The notes below the pieces were generated by a model. The model worked only from the letters and a program-made list of their open reading frames with translations, had not been told where the DNA came from and ran no database searches. The position numbers and the translations under genes are program-made. A stretch of DNA of 30,951 bases. Origin: Octopus sinensis. Lineage: Eukaryota. Location: positions 1 through 30,951 of the forward strand of contig NW_021832706.1 of assembly GCF_006345805.1 (NCBI RefSeq), written 5' to 3'. How positions within the stretch are numbered: position 1 is the stretch's first letter; every line of letters starts with the position of its first letter. Positions 11,101 to 22,650 of the stretch are shown here, one piece after another.

Positions 11101-11415
11101 GATAGATAAGGGGGTACAGAAAGAAAAGAGAGGGGGAGATAATAGAATTACTTAATGGAAATGAAATGAGAAATCGAAGTGGAAATAAAAGTAACAGAGT
11201 CAAACTTGCAAGATCTTCTGTAGTTGTAAACAGCCGGCAAAAGAAATTTGGGATACAAGTTCAATATCAGGTGCGAGCCAAGTCAGTCCGACCCAGTTCT
11301 GTGTTCTTTAGATTTCCAGTCAGTGTTTTTTAGATTACGACTCGTATTAAATAACTTAGATATCTTAGATGTGTTTCGGCCCCAAATTGTCTGAGGCCAT
11401 GTTTAACTTAATACC

Positions 11416-11648
11416 TATTCCTTTACTACCCACAAGGGGCTAAAAACAGAAGAGACAAACAAGGACAGACAAAGGGATTAAGTCGATTACATCGACCCCA
11501 GTGCGTAACTGGTGCTTATTTAATCGACCCCGAAAGGATGAAAGGCAAAGTCGACCTCGGCGGAATTTGAACTCAGAACGTAGCGGCAGACGAAATACGG
11601 CTACGCATTTCGCCCGGCGTGCTAACGTTTCTGCTAGCTCACCGCCTT
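11416..11648 (-). mobile_element. Full-length tRNA-derived SINE with target-site duplication
   Basis: Same family as 431-653, flanked by TGTTTAACTTAATACC at 11400-11415 and 11648-11663. Confidence 0.93.
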
Positions 11649-11689
11649 GTTTAACTTAATACCACCATCTGTTAAATCATTTTTAAGTC

Positions 11690-12295
11690 AAGGTTTGTGG
11701 TATTATGGTTCATACAAGTAGAGAATTGTAGTTGATTGAGATGTATCCTGATTTAAGTCCCTTGAAAAAATTTGTTCAGGTTACGTTTGAAAGCGATGGG
11801 ATCTCTTTCTCCTTTGATTTCTTTTGGGACGACGTTAAATAGAGCAGGGCCTGTTCAGGAAAAGAAATTGTATTGCAATGAATTTATGTGTTTGTAATCC
11901 TGAATTGTGTAGGGGGCTATGGTACGTGGATTCAACCTTGGATGAATTCTGAATCTAATGTTAAGGTCGTTTGGGCAACGCTGGTGGTATATTCTCCACC
12001 TTCTGCAAATGATGTAATACTCATGGCGGCACTGGGGAGAATAAAGTTTCAATGTTTTAAGACGGTCCCAATAACCAAGATAAGTCTTAAGGTCGTTTGG
12101 GCAACGCTGGTGGTATATTCTCCACCTTCTGCAAATGATGTAATGCTCACGGTAGCACTGGGGAGAATAAAGTTTCAATGTTTTAAGACGCTCCCAATAA
12201 TGAAGATAAGTCATGCCCTTAATTTTTCGAGTGAAAGCTCTTTGGAGTGACTCAATTTTCGTAATGTTTTGTCCTGTGTGGGGAGACCACAAGGG
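11690..12295 (-). mobile_element. 3' end of a CR1/L2-group LINE ORF2, decayed
   Basis: WSPHTGQNITKIESLQRAFTRKIKGMTYLHYWERLKTLKLYS matches the conserved post-RT WSP...LE.VQR...Y.ERL..L.L.SL motif. Downstream GPALFNVVPKEI...FKRNLNKF is the usual C-terminus. Confidence 0.88.
11961..12212. repeat. 126-bp in-frame tandem duplication inside the LINE remnant
   Basis: Units start TTAAGGTCGTTTGGG at 11961 and 12087; 7 mismatches in 126 bp by hand count. Confidence 0.95.
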
Positions 12296-12638
12296 GCAAA
12301 TTATATTATCAGAATATTTATGTATATAATGGACTCTATGTGCCTGACTTAACTGACACGCTAGTGAGAGATAGAGATTGTTTTAGTGATCTGACTTAAG
12401 GTATATTCTCACATTACTATTACCACTGTATTTTTACACACATACTCATAGACATAGGCTCCCGAGCGCACACACACAAACACTCATACATACACAAACA
12501 CACAAGTGTGCGCACCATAAGTCGAAATAGTTCAAATGCATTCTACGATGAGTATCTTGGACAGTCAAGTGCCGAAGCTATCAGATAAGAGAAAATAATT
12601 AAAATTACCAAATTATAATATCCGCGCGCATGTGAACA

Positions 12639-12639
<1 letters not shown>

Positions 12640-12735
<96 letters not shown>
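12640..12735. repeat. (CTAT)n microsatellite
   Basis: Direct reading. Confidence 0.97.
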
Positions 12736-12736
<1 letters not shown>

Positions 12737-12744
12737 CCCAGAAT

Positions 12745-13060
12745 ACTTAGATAACGGCACAGTCTACCATAGTCTGCCTGTGCAAACTTACCGCAAGTAA
12801 TTCGACAAAAATACGTCGGCTCTATTTCTACGACTTTAAAACAACGCCTCAACAACCACACTCATTCATATACTTAGGAGTCAGAATAGAGAAAAATGAT
12901 ACGTCACTTTCGAAATTTATTGGGGAGTTAAAAGAAAGATACAAACTGCACTCTTAAATGGAAAATATTATCCCAGGTTAAATCCTATTCCGATAAGAAG
13001 AGTCTGTTAGATTTATGGTTAGTCGAGAGACGTTTAGCTTACTACAGCACCTCCAAATCC
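12745..13060 (+). mobile_element. Decayed Penelope-like element GIY-YIG endonuclease region
   Basis: Hand translation across frameshifts: GTVYH ... KYVGSISTTLKQRLNNHTHSY ... NDTSLSKFIGELKE ... LKWKILSQVKSYS ... LWLVER. This fits the PLE pattern YIG...FK.R..NH...T.LSK..W.LK....I.W.I...C.LCL.E. Confidence 0.8.
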
Positions 13061-13410
13061 TACTCCACTACAAACTTTGAATGTTACTCCGTAGATACAA
13101 AGAATACAAAGACCTTTATCACTAACTCATTAGCCAGATAGTGCAGATTCCAGCCGAAATGTTTTACTAACCACTCCGACACCTCATGGAAATCTTTACT
13201 TGCTCTGATACCATTCTTTATATTGACTCAATACTTTTAATGTTTCATATATGTACTGTTTTCTTTTTTTTAAAACATTAATTGTCCTATTACTCCGATG
13301 TTGATCCAATTTTCATTTACTTTTTTTTCCAAACTTTTATTCTTTCTGTACTTTGTACTCTTATGTGGTTCTGCATACCCTGAGTGTATACCATACTTTA
13401 TTTAACTTTG

Positions 13411-13757
13411 CTTTTCTTGTTTCAGTCAAGGGTTTACGGGAACAAATCGACCTCAGTACTTATTTTTTAAGCCTGGTACTCATCCTATCAGTCTCTTTTG
13501 CCGAACTACTAAGGTTACGTGAACGTAAACAAACCAATACCGGTTGAAAATTGATGGTGGGCAACACACACAAAGACACACAAACAAAAGCGAGGGGTTC
13601 CTTTCAGTTTCCGCCTACCAAATCAACTGACAAGGTTTTGGTTGGCCTAGGGCTATCCGTAGAAGACATTTGCCCTAGGTGCCGCGCAGTGGGACTGAAC
13701 CCAAGACCAGATGATTGAGAAGAACGCTTTTTAACCACACAGCTACGCCTGCGCCTA
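13411..13757 (-). mobile_element. Older, diverged copy of the composite SINE (6752 family)
   Basis: Contains CTTGTTTCAGTCA, CAAATCGACC, CTTTCAGTTTCCGCCTACCAAATC, CAGTGGGACTGAACCC and ends CCACACAGCTACGCCTGCGCCTA. Confidence 0.85.
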
Positions 13758-14324
13758 TTAGATTTTCTGTTTTTACCTATCATTACTTCATCATATAAAC
13801 ACCGCTCCCCACCAACTTTTCAGTTTAGTTTATTTTTGCATTAATATTTTAACAACTTTAGCTTTTAATGTAATCCAATGTTAATGTATACCTACCACAT
13901 ACCTCGATATTATATCTCACCCTGTTTTCTTCACTTAAATTTTCCATTTGCATTCATTTATACTCCAACCAACCTCTTCCATATGCCCTCCTCTCTGCAG
14001 ATACTTAATTGCTAATTATTTAATTATCTTTTGTTGCAATTATTCCATTTTCACTCTTATCTACTAAACCTGTAGTTTACATTCACAGAAGTACCAGTCA
14101 CTGGAGTACTCCGTTCACCACCTCCACCGCCTCTTAACTTACACTAATTTTACTCATCTTTCACATCTATTTACATATCCTCATGGGTTTAATTTTTCTT
14201 CTCCCTTCTTCTTTCTTCTTACATCGGTTCCTCCTCTTCTTCTCCATTTTCCTTGTCTTATTCTCCCCCTGCATCTTTTTCCTCGTTGTTATAGTTACTG
14301 TTCTTCATTTCTCTCTGTCTTCAT

Positions 14325-14830
14325 TAGCATTATCATCGTCATCGTCATAATTATCATCGTCATCGTGTCGTCGTCATCATCATCACCGTATCATCAACGT
14401 CGTAGTCATCGTCATTATCGTCACGGTCGTCGTCGTCATGGCCACCGCCATCGCCACCATCGTCGTTATCGTCGTTGTCGTCGTTGTCATCATTATCACC
14501 ACATTCATCGTCATCGCGTTCTCGAACTTGCTGTCGTCATAATCATCATCATTATCATCATCATCATCATCATCATCGTCATCGTCGTTATTATCATCAT
14601 CATCATCATCATCATCATCGTCATCGTCGTTATTATCATCCTCATCTGCGCCCCTCACTATCGTCATCATCATCGTCGTCATCTTCCTCTTCCTCTTCCT
14701 CCTTTTCCTTCACCACAGCCTTCTCCTCCTCCTTCTTCACCATCACCCTCTCCGTCTCCTCCCTTTTTTTCACCTTCATCATCATCTTCTCCTCTCCCTC
14801 TCCTCCACCTCCTCCTCCATCTGCTCCTCC
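14325..14830. repeat. (CAT/CGT)n grading into (CTC/CTT)n trinucleotide low-complexity tract
   Basis: Direct reading; explains the His/Ser/Ile/Asp-rich pseudo-ORFs. Confidence 0.95.
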
Positions 14831-15276
14831 TCCCCTTTCCTCCTCCTTAGTTCCACTAGCCATCACCACCCACGCACATGCATCCCCAAACACCTTCCTC
14901 CTATAAGTTAATATGTTTGCTCACAAACCTAAAACCCCACTCGACTCTCCTTTGTTACTGCCGCCATAACCCAATCAAACTTCTCTCGCCGCTCAAAATG
15001 TTCCACCTACAAGACAAAGACATCTAATTGCATCTCTATAAAAAGGTATTTTATGCACCAACAAACATATACCTGCAAACAATCATGTCGGTTCAATTGC
15101 CATTACACCCCATCATCCAGTCCCCTCAAAGTAACACTTGACTCCATCGACTGACAAATGAAACTGAAACACCTTTATAGTCTCTTGTGATTTTTTCTAC
15201 AACACAAAAGCAGACATTTATTTTTACATATTCTAGATATCATTTTGTATTATATATATATATATTATATATATAT

Positions 15277-15400
15277 AATACAAAATGGGACAAGAACGCA
15301 AAACATCCGGACAGTTAGGTGATACAAAAATGAGACAACAAAACATTTAGATAGACGATACAAAGAAACCAAGGACGGTCATTCGGCGATTTCGCAAAAG
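15277..15400 (-). mobile_element. Terminal fragment of the (TA)n-abutting repeat family also at 18668-18960 and 21372-22423
   Basis: ATACAAAATGGGACAAGAACGCAAAACAT...TAGACGATACAAAGAAACCAAGGACGGTCATTCG matches 18670-18735. Confidence 0.75.
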
Positions 15401-15404
15401 AAAC

Positions 15405-15540
15405 CGATGAAATAAGTACCAGGCTAAAAAGAAAACGAAATACTGGAATCGGTATATTCAATGGAATCCCTTCAATGTGATGCTTCAGCATGGCCGCAGT
15501 CCAATGACTGAAGCAAGAAGAAAGAAAAGAAAAAAAAAGA
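15405..15540 (+). mobile_element. 3' end of composite SINE
   Basis: GATGCTTCAGCATGGCCGCAGTCCAATGACTGAAGCAAG followed by an A-rich tail. Confidence 0.75.
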
Positions 15541-15894
15541 AATGTGACCCTTGGTTGGTATATAGAGTAAAAAGTGTAGCTTCGTGTTTAGGGTTTTCGG
15601 ATCATGACCATAAAGTCATGCGTTTGATTCGTGGAGCGGGCATTGCGTCGAGTCTTGCAGCTAAACTTTTCATTTCATATTGCTGTTGGTTATCCTGCTG
15701 AAATGAGTATCAGTTGAGCGCTGGTGCATGTCTTATATCCCTCCTGAGATCAGGTCTCCGATGTTCTGCTGGATTAAGAGTCGGGGTGTCGAGAGGGTGT
15801 TGGCACGGACATTTCATTACTATAAACAAATCATTTGTGCAAGTCGTTCGGCAAAGGCTGAATGCTCATATGTCTTCTTCGACAGGAGAGTCTG

Positions 15895-15937
<43 letters not shown>

Positions 15938-15941
<4 letters not shown>

Positions 15942-16195
15942 CTTTTATCCTTTACTTGCTTTAGCTGTTTGACTGCAGTCATTCTGGGGTACCGTCTTGA
16001 AGGGTTTTAGTGGAACAAATCGACTCAATGACTTGTATTTTAAAGCCTCGTACTTATCCTATAGGTCTCCCATACCGAACTACTAAGTTACATGGACGTA
16101 AATACCCTAACACCGGTTGTCAAGCAGTGGTGGTGGTGAGGAAAAAACAGACACACAACCACACATACATTGATACATACATACGTACATACAAG
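15938..16195 (-). mobile_element. 3' half of composite SINE, diverged
   Basis: TTTGACTGCAGTCATTCTGG...CAAATCGAC...CCGGTTGTCAAGC, stopping at the internal (CA)/(CATA) tract. Confidence 0.75.
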
Positions 16196-16204
16196 TTTTT
16201 AAAT

Positions 16205-16340
16205 TCTCTCTCTGTTTATGTTCTCTTATTCCTTTCTGTTGAAGAGCGTAGGCTCGAAACGTAGAAGACTTTCTCACTTTCCCACTTTCCCGAGCGTCAA
16301 AGTATTACACCTGTCTTCATCTTTTGTTTTTCTGTAAATT
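16205..16340 (+). mobile_element. Dispersed repeat carrying a minimal hammerhead-like motif (16232-16267)
   Basis: CTTT-CTGTTGA-A-GAG(CGTAGG)CTC-GAAAC-GTA-GAAG followed by family body TTCCCGAGCGT...ACACCTGT. Confidence 0.75.
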
Positions 16341-16349
16341 TTTATTATA

Positions 16350-16480
16350 TCTCTCCTTTTTTCTCTCTTTTTTTCTCTCCTTTTTCTCTCCTTTTCTCTC
16401 TCCTTTTTTCTCTCCTTTTTTCTCATTTTTTCTCTCCTTTTTTTTCTCCTTTTCTCTCTCCTTGTTTCTCTCCTTGTTTT
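16350..16480. repeat. (TTTTTCTCTCC)n-type minisatellite of 11-13 bp units
   Basis: Direct reading; separates two hammerhead-bearing repeat copies. Confidence 0.9.
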
Positions 16481-16622
16481 CTGTGTCCCTTTCTGTAGAA
16501 AAGCGTAGGGTCGAAACGTAAAAGACTTTTTCTATTCCTGAGCGTTATACTAATACACCTGTTTGTTTTGTACACCATCTGCCTTCGTCTTTTGTTGTTT
16601 TTTTCGTAAACTCTCCCTATAT
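16478..16622 (+). mobile_element. Second tandem copy of the hammerhead-bearing repeat (motif 16489-16524)
   Basis: CTTT-CTGTAGA-A-AAG(CGTAGG)GTC-GAAAC-GTA-AAAG, stem II broken; element ends CTCTCCCTATA at a (TA)n tract. Confidence 0.75.
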
Positions 16623-17112
16623 ATATATATATACCAACCCCGCTCATATCCGTATAAACTAACCAGATAAAAGCAAATAAAATAATAAGTCACTCTAGAA
16701 AAACCAATGTCACCATATAACACACCACACACACACACACACACAAACACAATTTTTAAACTGAGCAAAAGAACCCTGACTACCATTCAAAATATTTCAC
16801 AATCCAAACATTTTTTTTTCGCGAAATGAAAGTGAGTGGGAATAAGAAAGAACCAAGTAAGTGCCCGATAGTGAATAGTCATTTGCATTTGTATCGTTAA
16901 CTAATCAAAGCTTGACAAATAATTGAAATATTTCCACTTATTTCTTCGAAATATCTGTCTCATCTTCATTTCCGTTCGAAGATAGGCATCAAGAATCTCT
17001 GAGTTTAGATCTGTGAATTTTCAGTTCGTAGTATGTATGTATGTATGTATGTATGTATGTATGTATGTATGTATGTATGTATGTATATGTATGTATTATT
17101 TATGTATGTATG

Positions 17113-17365
17113 TCTCTTCTGTATTTAGTCATTTAAATTCTTCCTCTGAATAAGATGGTTTCGAATAAAGATACAAAACTCCATTGTTGGAATGTAAATC
17201 GTGAAAACAATGTCACATTTTAAACCTGAGAAAAGTCTTGCATAGTTTTACTGTGCCGCTTACAGATTGTATTTTTAATGTGCAAATCAGTTGGTTGATA
17301 TCTTTTTCTGAAAATCCAAGTTTATCCAGACTGACAGTTACGTATTTAGCTATCCGGACTGCCTG
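17113..17365 (-). mobile_element. Short 3' end of an RLE-class (R4/Dong-like) LINE followed by (CATA)n at 17031-17112
   Basis: Minus-strand translation LGFSEKDINQLICTLKIQSVSGTVKLCKTFLRFKM*, homologous to the C-terminus of the adjacent larger fragment. Confidence 0.78.
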
Positions 17366-17414
17366 TTTGTTAGACATTATGTATGTATGCATGTATATGT
17401 ACGTACGTATGTAA

Positions 17415-18110
17415 GTTCGCTTATTGTTTATAATTATCTATATTCTTCCTCAAAGGAAGGAGCTGGTTCAGAGGAAGGAGTTGGTTTCGAACGAAGATAA
17501 AAAGCTCCCTCAAACAAAAGTAATATCACATTTTAAATCTGAGAAAAGTCTTACATATTTTTATTCTGTTTCACTTACAAATTATATTTATAATGAGCTA
17601 GCTGGTTGATTACTTTCGCAGAAAACTGTTGATTCTTCTGATTGTGACTTGCGCATTTACTCACAAAACCAAGAGTACAAATTATTATTGGTATAAATAT
17701 GAATTTATAATCTGGATATAGAAGCTGGAGATTTAGAAGCAGTTTCCATAGGTATCCCTTTCCTCCATGATATTGAAAGGCATTCACGTCAGCAAGATAA
17801 GTAACCTCTACGAAGGTACATACTTTTTCTTGTCTGTCCCAAACACAATATCTGGCGGCCTGTTACGTTTACAGATGTTTTGATGGGAATGTTTAACCAG
17901 TATTTTTTGAGTTGATGTTTGAGTATATATGCAAAACGGGGGAACACAGTTTTTTTTTTCCGAATGGTCTTGTATATTGCTTTAGCGACAACGCCATGTC
18001 GTATAGGTAGTGCTTTGATGACATTTTTTGGGCAGCTGCGAATGAAATGTAAGATGCTTTCCACAGAAATATGATATAATCTACCTTTTCGGTTGCATCT
18101 TGGAACTCCA
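17415..18110 (-). mobile_element. Decayed RLE-class (R4/Dong-like) LINE 3' part: CCHC knuckle plus restriction-like endonuclease
   Basis: Across frameshifts: RCNRK..LYHISVESILHFIRSCPK, IRHGVVAKAIY, YWLNIPIKT, NRP(P)DIVF/WDRQEKVCTFVEV (PD-D/ExK), NLQLLYPDYKFIFIPIIICTLGF, IKICKTFLRFKM*. Followed by a (CATA)-like tract at 17378-17412. Confidence 0.85.
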
Positions 18111-18289
18111 AGGGCTTTGCTGTTTCTTTTGTTTATTAGGTATTTCGTAGCACTATGTTCTTGGATTGCAAGATGTATATGTAAAAAGAACGATACATGA
18201 AACTATATATATAAAGAAAAAACGTCATGGAAAGCTACATTAGATTCGTTCTAATGGGTTTGGATATTATATGCATACATGTGTGTGTA

Positions 18290-18665
<376 letters not shown>

Positions 18666-18667
18666 AT

Positions 18668-18960
18668 AAAAATACAAAATGGGACAAGAACGCAAAACAT
18701 TCAAATAGACGACACAAAAACGGACGGGTCATTCGAAAACCTCTAATCTTCAGTCAAGAACCGGATCATCCTCGCAATTTCGGCTGATTAATTTTGAGAT
18801 CGCTCCGATCCGGCCAGCCCCAAGGAAAAACTAAGCTACGAGCATTAGATTTCTTGGAAAAGGATCGAATGTATACGAAACAAGGACAGAAAAACGGACG
18901 ATGCCACACGAATATAAATACAAAAAACAAAAAGTAATACGAATATAAATACAAAAATAA
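18668..18960 (-). mobile_element. (TA)n-abutting repeat, probable non-autonomous Penelope-like terminal repeat
   Basis: TCTTCAGTCAAGAACCGGATC...ATTTCGGCTGATTAAT...AAAAACTAAGC...AAGGATCGAATG shared with 21440-21615. The PLE assignment is inference. Confidence 0.7.
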
Positions 18961-18981
18961 TAATAATAATAATATATGTAT

Positions 18982-19256
18982 GAGTTTGTGAGTTCGAATC
19001 TCGGACCGGGCTGCGTGTTGTGTTCTTGAGCAAGACACTTTATCTCACGTTGCTCCAGTTCACTCAGCTGTAGAAATGAGCTGCGACGTCACAGGTGCCA
19101 AGCTGTATCGGTCTTTGCCTTTCCCATCGTGGAGAGGGGAGGCTGGTATGCATGGGCGGCTACTAGTCTTCAATAAACAACCTTACCCAGACTTGTGCCT
19201 CGGAGGGTAACTTTCTAGGTGCAATCCCATGGTCATTCGTGACCGAAGGGGGTCTC
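18982..19256 (+). mobile_element. tRNA-derived SINE with CORE-like domain, 5' end missing
   Basis: B box GAGTTCGAATC, then TGTTCTTGAGCAAGACACTTTATCTCACGTTGCTCCAGTTCACTCAGCTG as in 51-376; the 3' body differs from that copy. Confidence 0.8.
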
Positions 19257-19791
19257 CGACATATATGCAAGTTTTGATGTGAGCATTGTATACGGTTGTC
19301 TATATTTTTATGTATAATCATACATCAAAACAGATACATAATTTGATGGCAAGCATGACACGCTGGGATGCACATATACATGCATGTATACGTCATGTAC
19401 ACATATAATAAAACGGCACAAATAGACCATCAAAATATCTATTCATACACACGCACACACACACATACACAGACATACACACACTCACACACACTAGCTT
19501 TCGAGCGGAGATGGTGTCGTCAAAAAGATGAGAAGATTAGACGGTTCTCGATCTATTGAGAGTTGTATAAACAAACATGGTAAGCTGGGCTGTCATGATG
19601 CAACGGCAGAATTACACAAAATTAGGGTGGGGCACATGGCAGTTGTTGGTGTTGTTTTCGTCGTCGTCTTCGTTGTTGTTGTCTTGTTGCTATGGGTATC
19701 TCGGTGTGAGTTTCTATACGTATATGTAGGTCTTTTGAATGAGTGTGTGAATGTCTGGATATGTAGTGTGGGGGCTTTCCGTATTTATTAT

Positions 19792-19852
<61 letters not shown>

Positions 19853-20150
19853 ATATATATATATGTATGTATACATACATACATATATATATATATGCGT
19901 GTGTGTTTGTGTGCTTGTGTTTGTTGTGCATATGTATGTGTGTATATGCGTGTGTATATATATATTGTATATATATGTTATATATGTATATATATATATA
20001 TATGTAAAGCATAATATTTTATACATGTATGTATATGGTTATGATTGTCCTTTTTTGTAAAAAAATAAATAAATTAACATAATATAATGTCTAAAAGCTG
20101 TTGAATACCACCTATTGATCTCCTCCATTTTTTTCTTATTGCTCTCTCTT

Positions 20151-20189
<39 letters not shown>

Positions 20190-20191
20190 TA

Positions 20192-20224
<33 letters not shown>

Positions 20225-20261
20225 AATATTATATATATATATAATATTATATTATATATAT

Positions 20262-20420
20262 ATAACGGGAAGCTTTATGAAATAGACAAAAGACGAAGGC
20301 AGGTGGGAAACAAACAAACAATTGTTTAGTTGTGGCGCTCAGGAAATATAAATAAAACAAGTCTTTAACGTTTCGAGCTTACGCTCTTCAACAGAAAGAT
20401 ACACAGAGAGAAAAAAACAC
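20262..20420 (-). mobile_element. Fourth copy of the hammerhead-bearing repeat (motif 20399-20362)
   Basis: Minus strand TCTTT-CTGTTGA-A-GAG(CGTAAG)CTC-GAAAC-GTT-AAAGA; ends at (TA)n. Confidence 0.75.
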
Positions 20421-20451
20421 AGAAAGAAGGATATATATATATATATATATT

Positions 20452-20665
20452 CTATCTTTTACTTGTTTCAGTCATTAGACTGCAGCCATGATGAGGCATC
20501 GCCTTGGAGGATTTTAACCAAACGAACCGATTCTAGTATTTATTTTTCTTTAAAGCGTGGTACATATCGATCACATTCGCCGAACCGGTAAGTTACGGGG
20601 TAGTAAATACACCAACACCAGCTGTCAAGCGGTGATGGGGGACAAATACTGACACACAGGCACAC
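20452..20665 (-). mobile_element. 3' half of composite SINE, diverged
   Basis: TTTTACTTGTTTCAGTCATTAGACTGCAGCCATG...AAGTTACGGGG...CTGTCAAGCGGTGATGGGGGACAAA, stopping at (CA)n. Confidence 0.8.
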
Positions 20666-20720
20666 ATACACACACACACACACATACTCACACACACACA
20701 CACACGCGCACACACACACA

Positions 20721-20753
<33 letters not shown>

Positions 20754-21371
20754 TACGCACAGAGTCAAAATCCTTTGATGCTGTCGCAAATACGGCGACG
20801 AAAAAGCTTTCTGGAATAAATAGAAGGAATAAATAAATGAGTAGAAATTGAACCAGTGCGTGTGTTATATTAAGGTGCTATGACTCTCCCCAGACACGAC
20901 AATATATGTATATATATATATATGCGTATAAGCGTGTGTGTGTGTGTGAGTGTGTGTGTGTGTAAGTAAGTATGTGTTTGTATCATCTACGTGTATGCTT
21001 GTTTTGTTAAGCAATTATAATTATGCATGTTAATTATAAATAATACACCACACAACATATGAAGTAAGCTATTACGTGTATATAAATATAATTTTGCATG
21101 TTAATTTTCCATTGCGCCACCTTTAACGTTAATGTAAACACCTTCAGTCTTGTTTTTAAAGATTAATGAGAACACGTAATCAGAAACTTCCAGTCTCTTT
21201 AGAGTCTCTTCGGGCCTATTATAACGCATCCACGTGACATGCATTTTGATTTATTAGACTCTTGCGCATGATTAACATTATATTACTCTGACTACGTGGA
21301 GTTACCTACGAGCTAGCTGAATAATTGGGATGCAATATGTAACGATGTATATATATATATATATATATATA

Positions 21372-22423
21372 TTAAGGTATGTAGAAAAATACAACATGGA
21401 CAAGAACGTATAACTCTTAGAAGACGATACAATAAACACGGACAGGACATTCGAAACCCTCAGTCTTCAGTCAAGAACCGGATATCGTAGTAATTTCGGC
21501 TGATTAATCTTGAGATTACTAGATCACGGCCATCCCTCCAAGAAAAACTAAGCAACGAGCATTAGAAAAACTAAGCTGGGAGCGTAGATTTCCTGGAAGA
21601 AGGATCGAATGCATACGAACACCAGGAGACAGCAAAAGGGACGAATATAAAAAAACAAAAAACAATAATGGAATACAGAAACATGAAATACAGAAGCATT
21701 AACGGTGGAAACAACAACAAGATGTCTTACGACTGATAACAAAGCAACAAATTTTTTCTCTGGCGCATTGGAAAGGAGCCTTATCGGCGATGCCTATAGC
21801 GGCGGACGAAAAACAACGATGTTACACGACGTGGTGAGAAGCTGAAAGGCAGATTTCGGCCAGCAGTCACGTGACAGAGAAGAGAGAAAAGAAAAGAAAG
21901 AGAGCAAAATGAGAGAGGAGAGAGAGAGAGGAGGGACAAACGCAACAAAGAGAGAGAAGAGAGAGAAAGGGAATCAGAGAGGAGAAGGATGGGTGTCGAA
22001 GATTGACCTGTGAATGCCGAGCGAGACAAAGAAATAGGAGGGTAGGGGAGATTAGACCAAAGAATCAGAGGAAAGAGAAGAGAAAAAGAGATGAGTAGAG
22101 AGAAAAGAGAGAGAAGGGGACACAGATCAAGTAAAAGTGAGAGAGAGAGAGAGACAAACAGAGAGTCGTACCAATTATTAAATATGTGCTCACATAATGT
22201 TAAGAGGGTACGTGGCGCCTGGAATATATGTTAAGGTATGTAGAAAAATACATGGACAAGAACGTATAACTCTTAGAAGACGATACAATAAACACGGACA
22301 GGACATTCGAAACCCTCAGTCTTCAGTAAAGAACCGATCATCGTAGTAATTTCGGCTGATTAATCTTGAGATTACTAGATCACGGCCAGCCCTCCAAGAA
22401 AAACTAAGCAACGAGCATTAGAA
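21372..22423 (-). mobile_element. About 1.05-kb non-coding element with direct terminal repeats (21372-21567 and 22231-22423), flanked by (TA)n
   Basis: Repeats differ by one 3-bp indel and about five substitutions; period 859 bp; no coding capacity inside. Orientation inferred from which copy is truncated. Confidence 0.85.
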
Positions 22424-22434
22424 TATATATTATA

Positions 22435-22467
<33 letters not shown>

Positions 22468-22488
22468 GATATATATATATATATATAT

Positions 22489-22538
<50 letters not shown>

Positions 22539-22545
22539 TATATAT

Positions 22546-22650
22546 ACTCTTTTATTCTTTTATTTGTTTCGGTTATTTGACTGCGACCATGTTGGAGCAC
22601 CGCGTTTAGTCGGACAAATCGACCCCAGATTTATTCTTTATAAGCCTAGT
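22546..22650 (-). mobile_element. 3' end of composite SINE
   Basis: TTTGACTGCGACCATGTTGGAGCACCGCGTTTAGTCGGACAAATCGACCCCAG. Confidence 0.8.

Noticed and set aside
11345-11400. GGCC...GGCC-GAAACAC hairpin (minus strand) as a hammerhead split by the SINE
   Set aside because: The reconstructed pre-insertion sequence has CAGATGG instead of CTGANGA and no stem I.
15545-15895. Possible Penelope ORF remnant on the minus strand
   Set aside because: No diagnostic RT or endonuclease motif could be recovered in any frame.
19498-19579. Candidate exon LSSGDGVVKKMRRLDGSRSIESCINKH ending at GTAAGC
   Set aside because: The acceptor follows a (CA)n tract with no pyrimidine run, and the peptide is unrecognised.
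21440-21480. CTGAAGA...CGAAT on the minus strand of the direct-repeat family (also 18725-18755 and 22290-22330) as a hammerhead
   Set aside because: GAAA is GAAT in all three copies and no stem I or III pairing exists; the plus-strand type II arrangement also fails.
22210-22225. TGGCGCC as a tRNA primer-binding site
   Set aside because: Only 7 nt, and it lies just before a repeat rather than after a 5' LTR; the repeats lack TG...CA ends.
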